DNA from: an uncultured Lachnospiraceae bacterium
GTDB taxonomy: Bacteria > Bacillota > Clostridia > Lachnospirales > Lachnospiraceae
Direction: 5' to 3'
Assembly: GCA_902768735.1 (NCBI GenBank)
Contig: CACXMK010000007.1
Span: forward strand, 10,725 to 74,724
Length of the DNA: 64,000 bases
Below the pieces are notes generated by a model. The model was not told the DNA's origin and ran no database searches. It saw only the letters and a program-made list of their open reading frames with translations. Positions 41,161-50,291 of this stretch are shown here, piece by piece (position 1 is the stretch's first letter; each line of letters starts with the position of its first letter). The translations under genes and the position numbers were made by a program.

Positions 41161-41862
41161 ATGGGAAAGGGCAGGAAAACAGCACTGCGGGCCGTTCTTT
41201 TGTCGATCCTCCTTGCGGGCGCGCTCCTTTTGTCCGGATGCGGACAGAGACTTGTCATGACCAGAGGATTCGGCAAAGAGGAACTGTTCCGGATCGGGAA
41301 CACGCGGTGCATGATCCAGGAATACAATGTCTTCCTTCTCAACCTGCAGAAACACTGCGAGAGGACCTTCGGCTACGGGGTCTTCGACGGAGCAGGCGGC
41401 GAGAGCCTGAAGGAAGCGATCGAACAGAGGGCGCTCTCAGAGGCGTCGCGGCTCAAGGTAATGCTCCTTCTGGCGGTGCAGGACAACATCATGCTGACGA
41501 TCCCTGAGGAGAACCTCGCAGACGAAGCGGAGACGGAGTACTACGAAGGATTGTCAGAGGCGGAGAAGGAATACCTTGGGATCGACGAAGAGCTGCTCCG
41601 GGATCTGTTCAAACAGTACGCGCTGGCACAGAAGGTATACAGGAGCATCGGTACGAACTTTGAGGACAGGTACAACAGTTTCTGCACGACGCTGGATTAC
41701 GACCTCAACGAACCGCTATGGAATACGGTCAAACTCGCGGATATCCCGGAACTTGCGGATACGCCCGGATTTTCAGAGGTTTACGCTAAGTATTTCGGAT
41801 CTTCAGACCTCGGGAAGAACGCGGCCGAGGAGGAAGAGACCACAGGAGAAACGGCACGATAA
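41161..41862 (+). CDS. lipoprotein, PrsA/SurA N-C domain-like, with no parvulin domain
   Basis: Lipobox LLSGC; helical body; family resemblance by recall only. Confidence 0.55.
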   Translation: MGKGRKTALRAVLLSILLAGALLLSGCGQRLVMTRGFGKEELFRIGNTRCMIQEYNVFLLNLQKHCERTFGYGVFDGAGGESLKEAIEQRALSEASRLKVMLLLAVQDNIMLTIPEENLADEAETEYYEGLSEAEKEYLGIDEELLRDLFKQYALAQKVYRSIGTNFEDRYNSFCTTLDYDLNEPLWNTVKLADIPELADTPGFSEVYAKYFGSSDLGKNAAEEEETTGETAR

Positions 41863-41872
41863 TTGTGATTTG

Positions 41873-41899
41873 TTAGCACTCATCTTGAATGAGTGCTAA
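41873..41899. promoter_or_regulatory. CIRCE element (HrcA operator)
   Basis: Exact consensus TTAGCACTC-N9-GAGTGCTAA. Confidence 0.95.
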
Positions 41900-41906
41900 T
41901 TCTTTG

Positions 41907-41935
41907 TTGACATTTTGCCCTTGGGATACTAAACT
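41907..41935 (+). promoter_or_regulatory. sigma-A promoter of htpG
   Basis: TTGACA-17 nt-TAAACT, 7 nt downstream of the CIRCE. Confidence 0.8.
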
Positions 41936-41940
41936 CACAG

Positions 41941-42005
41941 TTGAAAAGTAATACTGTTTTGAAAAAGTAATACTGTTTTGAAAAAGTAATACTATTTGTA
42001 AAAAG
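41941..42005 (+). repeat. about three 19-bp tandem repeats (TTTTGAAAAAGTAATACTG) in the htpG 5' leader
   Basis: ttgaaaagtaatactg / ttttgaaaaagtaatactg / ttttgaaaaagtaatacta / tttgtaaaaag. Confidence 0.9.
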
Positions 42006-42053
42006 CCTGATCCGTCGATCAGGATACTATACTGACAGCAAAGGAGAAAACAA

Positions 42054-44192
42054 ATGGCAGAAAAAGGATCATTATCGATCAACAGTGAGAACATGTTTCC
42101 CATTATCAAGAAGTGGCTCTACAGCGATCACGATATTTTCTACAGAGAGCTGATCTCGAACGGCTGTGACGCTATTACAAAGATCAAAAAGCTCGACATG
42201 ATCGGCGACTTTGAGCTGCCCGCGGACTACAAGGCAAGGATCGACATCGTCGTAAGCCCGGACCGGAGAACGATCGAGGTCTCGGACAACGGTATCGGCA
42301 TGACCGCTGATGAAGTGAAGGAGTATATCAACAATATCGCTTTCTCAGGCGCGGAGGCGTTCCTTGCGAAGTACAAGGACAAGGCGACAGACGACCAGAT
42401 CATCGGTCACTTTGGCCTTGGATTCTACAGCTCCTTCATGGTCGCGGATCTTGTGACCATTGACACGCTTTCCTATCAGGAAGGCGCGGAGCCGGTGCAC
42501 TGGGAGTGCGACGGGACCAGCACGTATACGATGGATAAGGGGAGCCGTCAGTCTTTTGGCACAACGATCACGCTGCACCTGACAGAAGACTGCGTCGAGT
42601 TCGCTAACTACTACAAGGCGCAGGAAGTGATAGGGAAGTACTGCTCCTTCATGCCGACGGAGATCTATCTGTCCGAGAAGGATACGAAGGATACGGAGAT
42701 CATCGCAGAGTCCGAGAGAACGCCCGACGACATCGTGATCGAAGTCGTGGAGCCGGAGAAGAAGGACGGCAGCGAGTCGGAAGAGAAGAAGTTCAAGATC
42801 AGAAAGCGCCCCGTGCTCCTCAACGACACGCATCCTCTCTGGGGAAAGAACCCCAACGAGTGCACGGAGGAAGAGTACAAGGAGTTCTACAGGAAGGTCT
42901 TCCATGATTACAAGGAGCCCCTGTTCTGGATCCACCTGAACATGGACTACCCCTACAACCTCAAGGGCATCCTCTACTTCCCGAAACTTAACCTGGAGTA
43001 TGAGTCCGCGGAAGGTGTGATCAAGCTCTACAACAACCAGGTGTTTATCGCGGACAACATCAAGGAAGTCATCCCCGAGTATCTGATGCTCCTCAAGGGA
43101 GTGATCGACTGTCCTGACCTCCCGCTGAATGTCTCAAGAAGCGCGCTTCAGAACGACGGATTCGCGCAGAAGATCAGCGACTATATCACGAAGAAGGTCG
43201 CGGACAGACTTGCCGGTATGTGCAAGACAGATAAAGAGAACTATGACAAGTACTGGGACGACATCAGCCCCTTCATCAAGTACGGGTGCCTTAGGGACGA
43301 CAAGTTCTGCAAGAGGATGACCGACTATATCCTGTTCAAGGATCTGGACGGCAAGTACCTGACCACACCCGAGGCGCTCAACGTCAACAGGATCGATCCG
43401 GAAAGAGACGAAGAAGAAACCGCGACTGACGAAAACGGCGAGAAGGTCGAGGCGGAGATCGTCGAAGAGCCCGGGGCCGAGGAACCTGCAGTGGACCACA
43501 CGATCTATTACGTGACGGATGAAAAGCAGCAGAGCCAGTACATCCGTATGTTCCGTGACAACAAGATGCAGGCGTTCATCCTTAACCACACGATCGACCA
43601 GCCCTTCATCCAGCAGCTCGAAGCGAAGAACGAAGGACTCCACTTCGCGAGGATCGACGCGGACATTCAGGACGCCCTGAAATCCCGTACGGGCAAAAAG
43701 GCGGCGGAAGAGCTCAAGGAAGCAGCGGAGAAACTCGAAAAGAGGATCCGCAAAGCGGTGAAGAATGACAAGCTCAGCGTGAAGCTGGAAAACCTCAGGG
43801 ACAAAAAGACAGCTTCCATGCTCACCGTGAACGAGCAGAGCCGCAGAATGGCGGACATGATGAAGATGTACGCAGCTTCGGGCATGGGACTTGGCATGGA
43901 CGAATGGGCCAAGGAGGGACAGACCCTGATCCTCAACGCCAAACATCCTCTTGTCAAGTATGTCTGTGAGCACGAGGACAACAAGAACACGAAGATGATC
44001 TTCCGTCAGCTGTACGACCTCGCACAGATCCAGAACGCGCCGCTTTCCCCTGAGGATATGGCGGGATTTATCACCCGGTCCAACGAGATCATGCTGGCCC
44101 TTACGGAAAGCGCTTCGGAAGAAAGTGCTCCGGAAGAAAACACTCCGGAAAAAGACGCTTTTGAGGAGAGCACCGGCGCGGAGAACGAATAA
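42054..44192 (+). CDS. htpG: molecular chaperone HtpG (Hsp90)
   Basis: RELISN, DNGIGMT, IIGHFGLGFYS, GVIDCPDLPLNVSRS motifs. Confidence 0.95.
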   Translation: MAEKGSLSINSENMFPIIKKWLYSDHDIFYRELISNGCDAITKIKKLDMIGDFELPADYKARIDIVVSPDRRTIEVSDNGIGMTADEVKEYINNIAFSGAEAFLAKYKDKATDDQIIGHFGLGFYSSFMVADLVTIDTLSYQEGAEPVHWECDGTSTYTMDKGSRQSFGTTITLHLTEDCVEFANYYKAQEVIGKYCSFMPTEIYLSEKDTKDTEIIAESERTPDDIVIEVVEPEKKDGSESEEKKFKIRKRPVLLNDTHPLWGKNPNECTEEEYKEFYRKVFHDYKEPLFWIHLNMDYPYNLKGILYFPKLNLEYESAEGVIKLYNNQVFIADNIKEVIPEYLMLLKGVIDCPDLPLNVSRSALQNDGFAQKISDYITKKVADRLAGMCKTDKENYDKYWDDISPFIKYGCLRDDKFCKRMTDYILFKDLDGKYLTTPEALNVNRIDPERDEEETATDENGEKVEAEIVEEPGAEEPAVDHTIYYVTDEKQQSQYIRMFRDNKMQAFILNHTIDQPFIQQLEAKNEGLHFARIDADIQDALKSRTGKKAAEELKEAAEKLEKRIRKAVKNDKLSVKLENLRDKKTASMLTVNEQSRRMADMMKMYAASGMGLGMDEWAKEGQTLILNAKHPLVKYVCEHEDNKNTKMIFRQLYDLAQIQNAPLSPEDMAGFITRSNEIMLALTESASEESAPEENTPEKDAFEESTGAENE

Positions 44193-44245
44193 GAATACGG
44201 CAGCGGGCCGGCCCAAAGGCCCGGAAAAACGGACGTAAGATAAAA

Positions 44246-47200
44246 ATGGGATACCGCTTAGTTTACACAGCCGCCGCCATGGCGGGGGAAGAGTACAATA
44301 TTTCCGACAAAAGCCTCAGCATCACGCCGGAGCAGCTGCGCATTCAGGCAGAGCCCGGCGGGATCGCGGAAGGCCAGTTTGTTGTGGCCGGACCTCCCGG
44401 AACAGCGGTAACCGGTTTTCTGACGTCTGACAATTTCCATCTGCGGCTGCTAAGGGACACTTTCGCAGGCAATCCCGACAGGATCAGCTGGCGGTTCGAC
44501 GCACGGTCCATGCGGGACGGCGATACGGCGGAGGGAGCGGTCTCGATCGTCTCCAACCGGGGAGAATACAGGCTTCCCTTTAAAGCGGAAGTGATAAAGC
44601 CACTGACTTCGGGAAAGGAACTGCAGGAGATCCCGAGACAAAACACTGCCGCTGCCAGGTTTTTGACACTGGCGGATGAGGACTGGGGGAGTGCCGTTAA
44701 GTTCTTTTACAGAAAAGAGTTCGTGCAGTCCCTTGCCACCGACGAGGAGAAGCTTCTTTACAGGGGGCTCTCGCGGTATCCCGAAAATGAGCAGAACGTG
44801 GAGGAGTTTCTGATCGCGGCCTGCGGGAAAGATCCTGTCGAGTATCTCGTGGATCTTAAGGAGATCAGGACGGAGATCATAGACACCGGCGGTGCGCTGA
44901 GGGACATGGACAGTTCCGAGTACCGGTTCGATATACGAAGGCGCGGCTGGGGCTATACGAAACTCAAAGTGACGATGTCCGGACCCTTCCTTGCGCCATC
45001 CTCTGCTGTGATCAGCGGAGGGGACTTTATCGGAGATACCTGCAGCTTTGTATACCGCGTGGAGAGACACAGGCTGCACGCGGGAAGGAATTTCGGCAGG
45101 ATCACGATACGCTCACCGTACCAGGAGATCCGGATCCCTGTGGAGATCATCTACAGGAGAAGGAGCGACGGCAGGGCAAGACAGGACAGGGAGAGCAGAA
45201 GAGCGCTTCTGGAACTGATGCGCCACTATGAGCGCCTGCATATCGGATGGGCGATGACGGCGCAGGGCGGACAGAGCGGGATCAATGATGGGGAGTGGCT
45301 CCGGCAGGCGGATGAAATTGTCAAGAGGCTTTCGTTCCTGAGAAGGGACAGTGTTTTGCCAAGACTGTATTCCGTCCAGCTGATGCTGATGCAGAACAGC
45401 GTCCACCAGGCGGTGATGGAACTGGAGGCGATCCGCCGGAAGCTCGCGGACGCATCGCCGGGAGAAGTCGTGGAGATGGGATATGCCCGGTACAGAGGGG
45501 AGACGGAGATCGAATATCTGTACAGACTGTTCCTGACGGCGCTTGCTTATCACGACGCGGACGTCATCACGCCGCGCGTCGGCAGGATCCTCAGGGAGCG
45601 CTACAGAAGAGATCCTGCGGACTGGAGGATCGCGTGGATGATGCTGCAGCTCCTGCCGGAATACGCGCCGGGAACCCCTTCCAGATGGAACTTTTTAAAG
45701 AAGCAGTTTACGAACGGATGCAGAAGCCCCTTCATTTACATGGAGGCGTGGGACATGCTCTATGCCGATCCCGGGTACCTGAATCTTCAGGAGGACAGAA
45801 GGACGGGGAGATACGGCGGCGATGCTTTTGAGAGACAGGTCCTTTTATACGCCCTGAAGAAGGGACTTTTGGATGACCGGATCATGGAGAGCGTTTTAGA
45901 GAGAACAGACCGCAGACGAGAGTTTTCGCGGTCTCTTTTCCGTGTTCTGAGTACTGCGTACGGACAGGAGAAGATGCGCCCTCTGCAGGTTCCGATCCTT
46001 CGGAGTATCACCATGATGCTGATCAGGGGGAACAGGACGTCTCCCGAAGCATTCGTCTGGTTTTCCAGGGCATTGGAGAAGGGCATCACAGTTACACGGC
46101 TGCCGGAATGTTTCCTGCAGTCCATGCCGGAGGAATACAGCGGCGTCATTCCGGACGCTGTGATAAGGAGCGGCTTCAGAGGCGGCCTTCTCCCCATGGA
46201 AAGCAGGGCATATCTGTACCGGTATCTGTATCAGAACAGGGAGCAGTATCCGGACGTCTATAAAAGGTGCGAGGAGGAGATCCGAAGCTTTTTGGAGATG
46301 CAGATCTCGGAGCACAGGATGTCGGAGAACCTTGCAGCCCTCTATACGGCGGCAATGACGGAGCCAGCGATCTGTCCTGAAAACGCAGGGGACCTGACGA
46401 AGCTCTCTTACCTGTCACACCTTCGGACGACGCATCTGTCGATGAAGAAAACGGTGCTCGTTTACGCGCAGAGCAGCAAGGAACGCAGTTATCCCATCGA
46501 AAACGGAAACTGCATCCTGCCGGTCTACGGTGATGACAACCTGATCATTTTAGAGGACGCGCAGCAGAACAGATACACAGCCAGTGTTCCTTACACCTGC
46601 GACCGCATGATGGAACCGGTACAGGAACCGGACCGCGTATCGCTGGAGGAGATGACGGACCTTCCGTTCGCGCTGGAGATCTCCGGTGCGGCGGGAGAGT
46701 CCTTTGAAGTGACGGAAGAGACCCTTCAGTACTGCGAGATCCTTGTGCGCTGCGCGGGGATCGCGCCTTCGTACAGAGTCCGGCTCAAGTTGCGCCTTAT
46801 GGACTACTATGAGCGCGCCGGGGAGATGGAAAAGCTCAGGGCTATGGCCGCGACCATTGAACCGGGAGAAGCGGGACCTGAGGACCGGATCAGGACGATC
46901 GGGATCATGAACCGCGCAGGGATGTTCAGGGAGGCAGTGGATTGGATCGTCATGAACGGGACAGAGAACTGCACCGCGGATCTCCTCTCGGATGCCGCGC
47001 TCGGCGCAGACAGTATTGCGGAGGATGACGAGGAGCTTAAGGAGAATGCCGGAAAGATCGCCTGGGCAGCCTTTGAGCGGGGCGCGGACAGCAGCGCGCT
47101 CCAGGAACTGATCCTTTTTCAGTATGACGGTCTGACGGAAAACCTTCTGCGGGTCAGAGGAGCGATCCTTGAGAACGCGGAGGAGGATTCGCCTGCGCTG

Positions 47201-48001
47201 GTCATGGCGGAAGACAGGCTGCTCAGCCAGATGCTGTTCAGCGGCGAGATGGCTGAAAATCAGGAGGAGATCCTCCTCTCGGAATATCAAAGAGGAGGAG
47301 AGCACAGGGCTTTGGCGGCGGCAGGTATTGCGCAGTACTGCCACTATGTGTTTGCTGACTGGCGCACGATGGATCCCGCTATCATGCGGCTGATCGCCGC
47401 CGCAGACAGGGAGGGGCAGGAGACCCCCGCCATCTGCAGGCTCGCGTTTTTAAAGAACCTCTCAGAGAGAACAGATGGGATCAAGGAGAACGAAAGCGCG
47501 ACAGCGCATAGATTTCTTGTATCCCTTCTCAGGGAAGAGATCGTTTTTCCGTTCTTCAGGCAGTTCGGCGGTGTGGGGCCCAGCCTTCGCCTGTACGACA
47601 GGGAGACGATGATCGAATACCACAATCCTGCCGGTGCCAGAGACGCAAGGGGACATGTGGTCATCCACTGCGCGATCGAGAGGGGCGGCAGACAGGAGCC
47701 CTTTACGGCCAGGGAGATGAAGGAGATGGTGCGCGGCTTTTACGTCAGTTCGTTCTTCCTGTTTTTTGGCGAAGAGGTGCATTATTTCATTACTGACGAT
47801 CCCGATGAGAAAAATATCGTGGAGAGCGGAACGATCGGACAGGACGCGCGGTTCGACTTCACACGGAAAGACCGCTTCGCTCAGATCGATGAGATCTCCA
47901 GGACCATTGCGCAAAGGGACCGCGGAAAGACGGCAGCCCTGATTCGGGAATACACAAAAAGAGAGTTCCTGACACAGGCGCTGTTCGGGGAAGAGGAGTG
48001 A
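44246..48001 (+). CDS. large hypothetical protein (DUF5717-like by recall)
   Basis: 1251-aa ORF; two N-terminal beta-sandwich-like repeats then a long helical region; start may instead be 44279. Confidence 0.7.
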   Translation: MGYRLVYTAAAMAGEEYNISDKSLSITPEQLRIQAEPGGIAEGQFVVAGPPGTAVTGFLTSDNFHLRLLRDTFAGNPDRISWRFDARSMRDGDTAEGAVSIVSNRGEYRLPFKAEVIKPLTSGKELQEIPRQNTAAARFLTLADEDWGSAVKFFYRKEFVQSLATDEEKLLYRGLSRYPENEQNVEEFLIAACGKDPVEYLVDLKEIRTEIIDTGGALRDMDSSEYRFDIRRRGWGYTKLKVTMSGPFLAPSSAVISGGDFIGDTCSFVYRVERHRLHAGRNFGRITIRSPYQEIRIPVEIIYRRRSDGRARQDRESRRALLELMRHYERLHIGWAMTAQGGQSGINDGEWLRQADEIVKRLSFLRRDSVLPRLYSVQLMLMQNSVHQAVMELEAIRRKLADASPGEVVEMGYARYRGETEIEYLYRLFLTALAYHDADVITPRVGRILRERYRRDPADWRIAWMMLQLLPEYAPGTPSRWNFLKKQFTNGCRSPFIYMEAWDMLYADPGYLNLQEDRRTGRYGGDAFERQVLLYALKKGLLDDRIMESVLERTDRRREFSRSLFRVLSTAYGQEKMRPLQVPILRSITMMLIRGNRTSPEAFVWFSRALEKGITVTRLPECFLQSMPEEYSGVIPDAVIRSGFRGGLLPMESRAYLYRYLYQNREQYPDVYKRCEEEIRSFLEMQISEHRMSENLAALYTAAMTEPAICPENAGDLTKLSYLSHLRTTHLSMKKTVLVYAQSSKERSYPIENGNCILPVYGDDNLIILEDAQQNRYTASVPYTCDRMMEPVQEPDRVSLEEMTDLPFALEISGAAGESFEVTEETLQYCEILVRCAGIAPSYRVRLKLRLMDYYERAGEMEKLRAMAATIEPGEAGPEDRIRTIGIMNRAGMFREAVDWIVMNGTENCTADLLSDAALGADSIAEDDEELKENAGKIAWAAFERGADSSALQELILFQYDGLTENLLRVRGAILENAEEDSPALVMAEDRLLSQMLFSGEMAENQEEILLSEYQRGGEHRALAAAGIAQYCHYVFADWRTMDPAIMRLIAAADREGQETPAICRLAFLKNLSERTDGIKENESATAHRFLVSLLREEIVFPFFRQFGGVGPSLRLYDRETMIEYHNPAGARDARGHVVIHCAIERGGRQEPFTAREMKEMVRGFYVSSFFLFFGEEVHYFITDDPDEKNIVESGTIGQDARFDFTRKDRFAQIDEISRTIAQRDRGKTAALIREYTKREFLTQALFGEEE

Positions 48002-48008
48002 CGGAGCC

Positions 48009-49325
48009 ATGTTGTTTACAAGACTGCCGGAAAAAAAATACCTGCTTGGGATCGACATGGGGGAGTCTTTCTGCCAGATCTCCTATCTCAACACCAGGAG
48101 GCTTACAGCGGGAATGGATCCCCATACCTTCTCCTATATCCTGGGACGGGAGGAGTTTGATATTCCTTCGGCGGCATTTGAGGATCCTGCGACCGGAACC
48201 TGGGTTTTCGGGAGCGAAGCGCTCGAGAGAGCTGCCGCATACGGAAGAGAGCCGGTGACGCATCTTCTGGAAGCCGTAGTAAGGGCGGAAGAAGAAAGCT
48301 TCGGCGGATCAAGACAGGCAGGAGGACAGATCGTGTTCCAGGCATCTCCGTCTTTGGAGGAAGAGCTCCTGCTCGGATTTCTTCGTTACTGCATGACCCT
48401 TCTTTCGACGGAGATCACTGCGGAAGAGATCGAAGCAGTCACGTTCACGACAGCCGTCATGGACAGACGGACCGCCGCTGTCCTTCAGAGAACAGCGGAA
48501 GTTCTCTTTCCGGGGCTCCTGAAAGTGGCGTTTGAAGAACACCTGAAGTCCTTTTATCACTATGTTCTGACACAGGACGAAGAACAGAGAAGGCAGTCCG
48601 TCCTTCTGTTGGACGGCTCATCGGACACGGAACTGGTGCTCAGCATCCTGTCTTTTAACAAAAAGACCAGGCCGATCGTATGCTTTCCCGGGGAGAGAAG
48701 GGTCAGCATCCCCGCGGATGCGGAAGCGAAGGAAAAGGACAGGATCCTGTACGCCGCGGTCAAAGAGCTGATGCAGGAATATGAATTTTCGGCGGCTTAC
48801 CTAACAGGGAAGGTGATGGGCGGCGGATGGATGAAGGATTCCCTGAACCTGATCGTGAGGGGCAGAAGGGCTTTTCAGGGAGATACCCTGTACAGCAAAG
48901 GCGCCGCGGACAGCACGATGGCGGCTTGCGGACTAACCGCAAAGACGGACAAGTACTTTTATCTGAGCAGGGACGCTCTCAGGTGCAACATCGGGATGCA
49001 GTGCCTGAAAAAAGGGAGAACTGTCTATCAGGCACTCCTTGACGCCGGTGCGGAGTGGTATGACGCCGCCGCGCAGATCGATATCCTTCTCGAGGACGGC
49101 GATGAGATCGTACTCTCAGAGACGTCTGTCGACAGGGGAAACCAGAGAGAGATCGCTGTAAAACTTGAGAACATGCCGAAAAGACCGAGCCGCACGACAA
49201 GGCTCAGGATCCGCCTTCGCATGACAGCCGCAGACCGCCTGCTGATCGAGGCGGAGGACCTCGGCTTTGGAGAGATCTTCCCCTCCTCGGGGATGAAATG
49301 GAAACAGGAGATCGTGATCAGTTAA
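48009..49325 (+). CDS. degenerate Hsp70/actin-fold protein (DUF5716_C-like by recall)
   Basis: LLGIDMG phosphate-1-like motif; C-terminal LENMPKRP..TTRL..EAEDLGFG resembling the Hsp70 substrate-binding beta domain. Confidence 0.65.
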   Translation: MLFTRLPEKKYLLGIDMGESFCQISYLNTRRLTAGMDPHTFSYILGREEFDIPSAAFEDPATGTWVFGSEALERAAAYGREPVTHLLEAVVRAEEESFGGSRQAGGQIVFQASPSLEEELLLGFLRYCMTLLSTEITAEEIEAVTFTTAVMDRRTAAVLQRTAEVLFPGLLKVAFEEHLKSFYHYVLTQDEEQRRQSVLLLDGSSDTELVLSILSFNKKTRPIVCFPGERRVSIPADAEAKEKDRILYAAVKELMQEYEFSAAYLTGKVMGGGWMKDSLNLIVRGRRAFQGDTLYSKGAADSTMAACGLTAKTDKYFYLSRDALRCNIGMQCLKKGRTVYQALLDAGAEWYDAAAQIDILLEDGDEIVLSETSVDRGNQREIAVKLENMPKRPSRTTRLRIRLRMTAADRLLIEAEDLGFGEIFPSSGMKWKQEIVIS

Positions 49326-49336
49326 GAGGAATGACT

Positions 49337-50176
49337 ATGGGCAGGAGTATTCTGACAACGGGAAGGATCGCTGAGAAGCCGTACAGGCTGACGATCATCG
49401 GCCGGAATGTCTATACTGTGGAAGAGCTGTGCTACTCTGTGGCGCAGTGCGCCTCGTTCCTAGATGAGGACTTCATGGATCACGAACTTCTCGTGTGGCT
49501 GGAGGAGTCCTGCGGGCTGGCAGAACTGGCTTCGCAGTTAAGGTCGCTCCTTAAGGGGCGCTGTGCCGTGGAGGATTTTGTCTCCGTGCTCCTTCTTTAT
49601 GTGGGATACCAGAGCACAGCCGAGATCGAGAAGATCCGCGAATCCGTCTCTTCCGGCAAGGGGATGGAGCCTTTCCAGAGGAGACTGAGCGAGGCGAAAT
49701 TCTCGGCGTCAAGGGGGCACATCACTAAGGCTGTGGAACTCATGGACGGGATCCTCGGAGAACTGCCGGAATTGGAGCGCGAGATGCGCGGAAGGATCTG
49801 GGCGGAAAAGGGCCTTCTTTACGCGCAGGGATTTCGGTTCGCGGAAGCGGCGGACTGCTATGGGAAAGCGTGGCGCCTCTCCGGGAGCAGGCAGAACTGC
49901 CTGAAATATCTGGCCGCCCTGCGGTTCGCGCTCCCCGACGAGGAGTATCGGGGGTATATTCAGGAACACCCGGAACTGGAGCCTATAGCGGAGGAACTGG
50001 AGAGGACTGCTGCCCGGGCAGAAAAAGAGTGGAAAAACAGCACAGCCGGCCGGCAGTCGAAGCGCCTTGAGGGATATCTGCAGGCCGGACAGGCCAAATC
50101 CTTCGACAATTACGCGCAGCAGCGGATCAGGGAGATCAGAGACGGATTTCGGGCGGACAATGAGCCTGCGTTCTGA
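49337..50176 (+). CDS. hypothetical protein with TPR-like helices
   Basis: IWAEKGLLYAQGFRFAEAADCYGKAW TPR-like pattern; AGAGGA RBS 6 nt before ATG 49337. Confidence 0.65.
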   Translation: MGRSILTTGRIAEKPYRLTIIGRNVYTVEELCYSVAQCASFLDEDFMDHELLVWLEESCGLAELASQLRSLLKGRCAVEDFVSVLLLYVGYQSTAEIEKIRESVSSGKGMEPFQRRLSEAKFSASRGHITKAVELMDGILGELPELEREMRGRIWAEKGLLYAQGFRFAEAADCYGKAWRLSGSRQNCLKYLAALRFALPDEEYRGYIQEHPELEPIAEELERTAARAEKEWKNSTAGRQSKRLEGYLQAGQAKSFDNYAQQRIREIRDGFRADNEPAF

Positions 50177-50291
50177 GAGAATTCTTTTCTGCGCTAATGT
50201 GATAAATTAAAAGTGTTGTAATTGGAAAAATAGTTGTTATACTGTATAAGTCCATAAAACGGATAATCAGGATTCAGAAAGGAAGCGCAGC

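Noticed and set aside
41941-42005. Short repeat arrays here and at 27146-27202 as possible mini-CRISPRs
   Set aside because: The units abut with no unique spacers and are too short.
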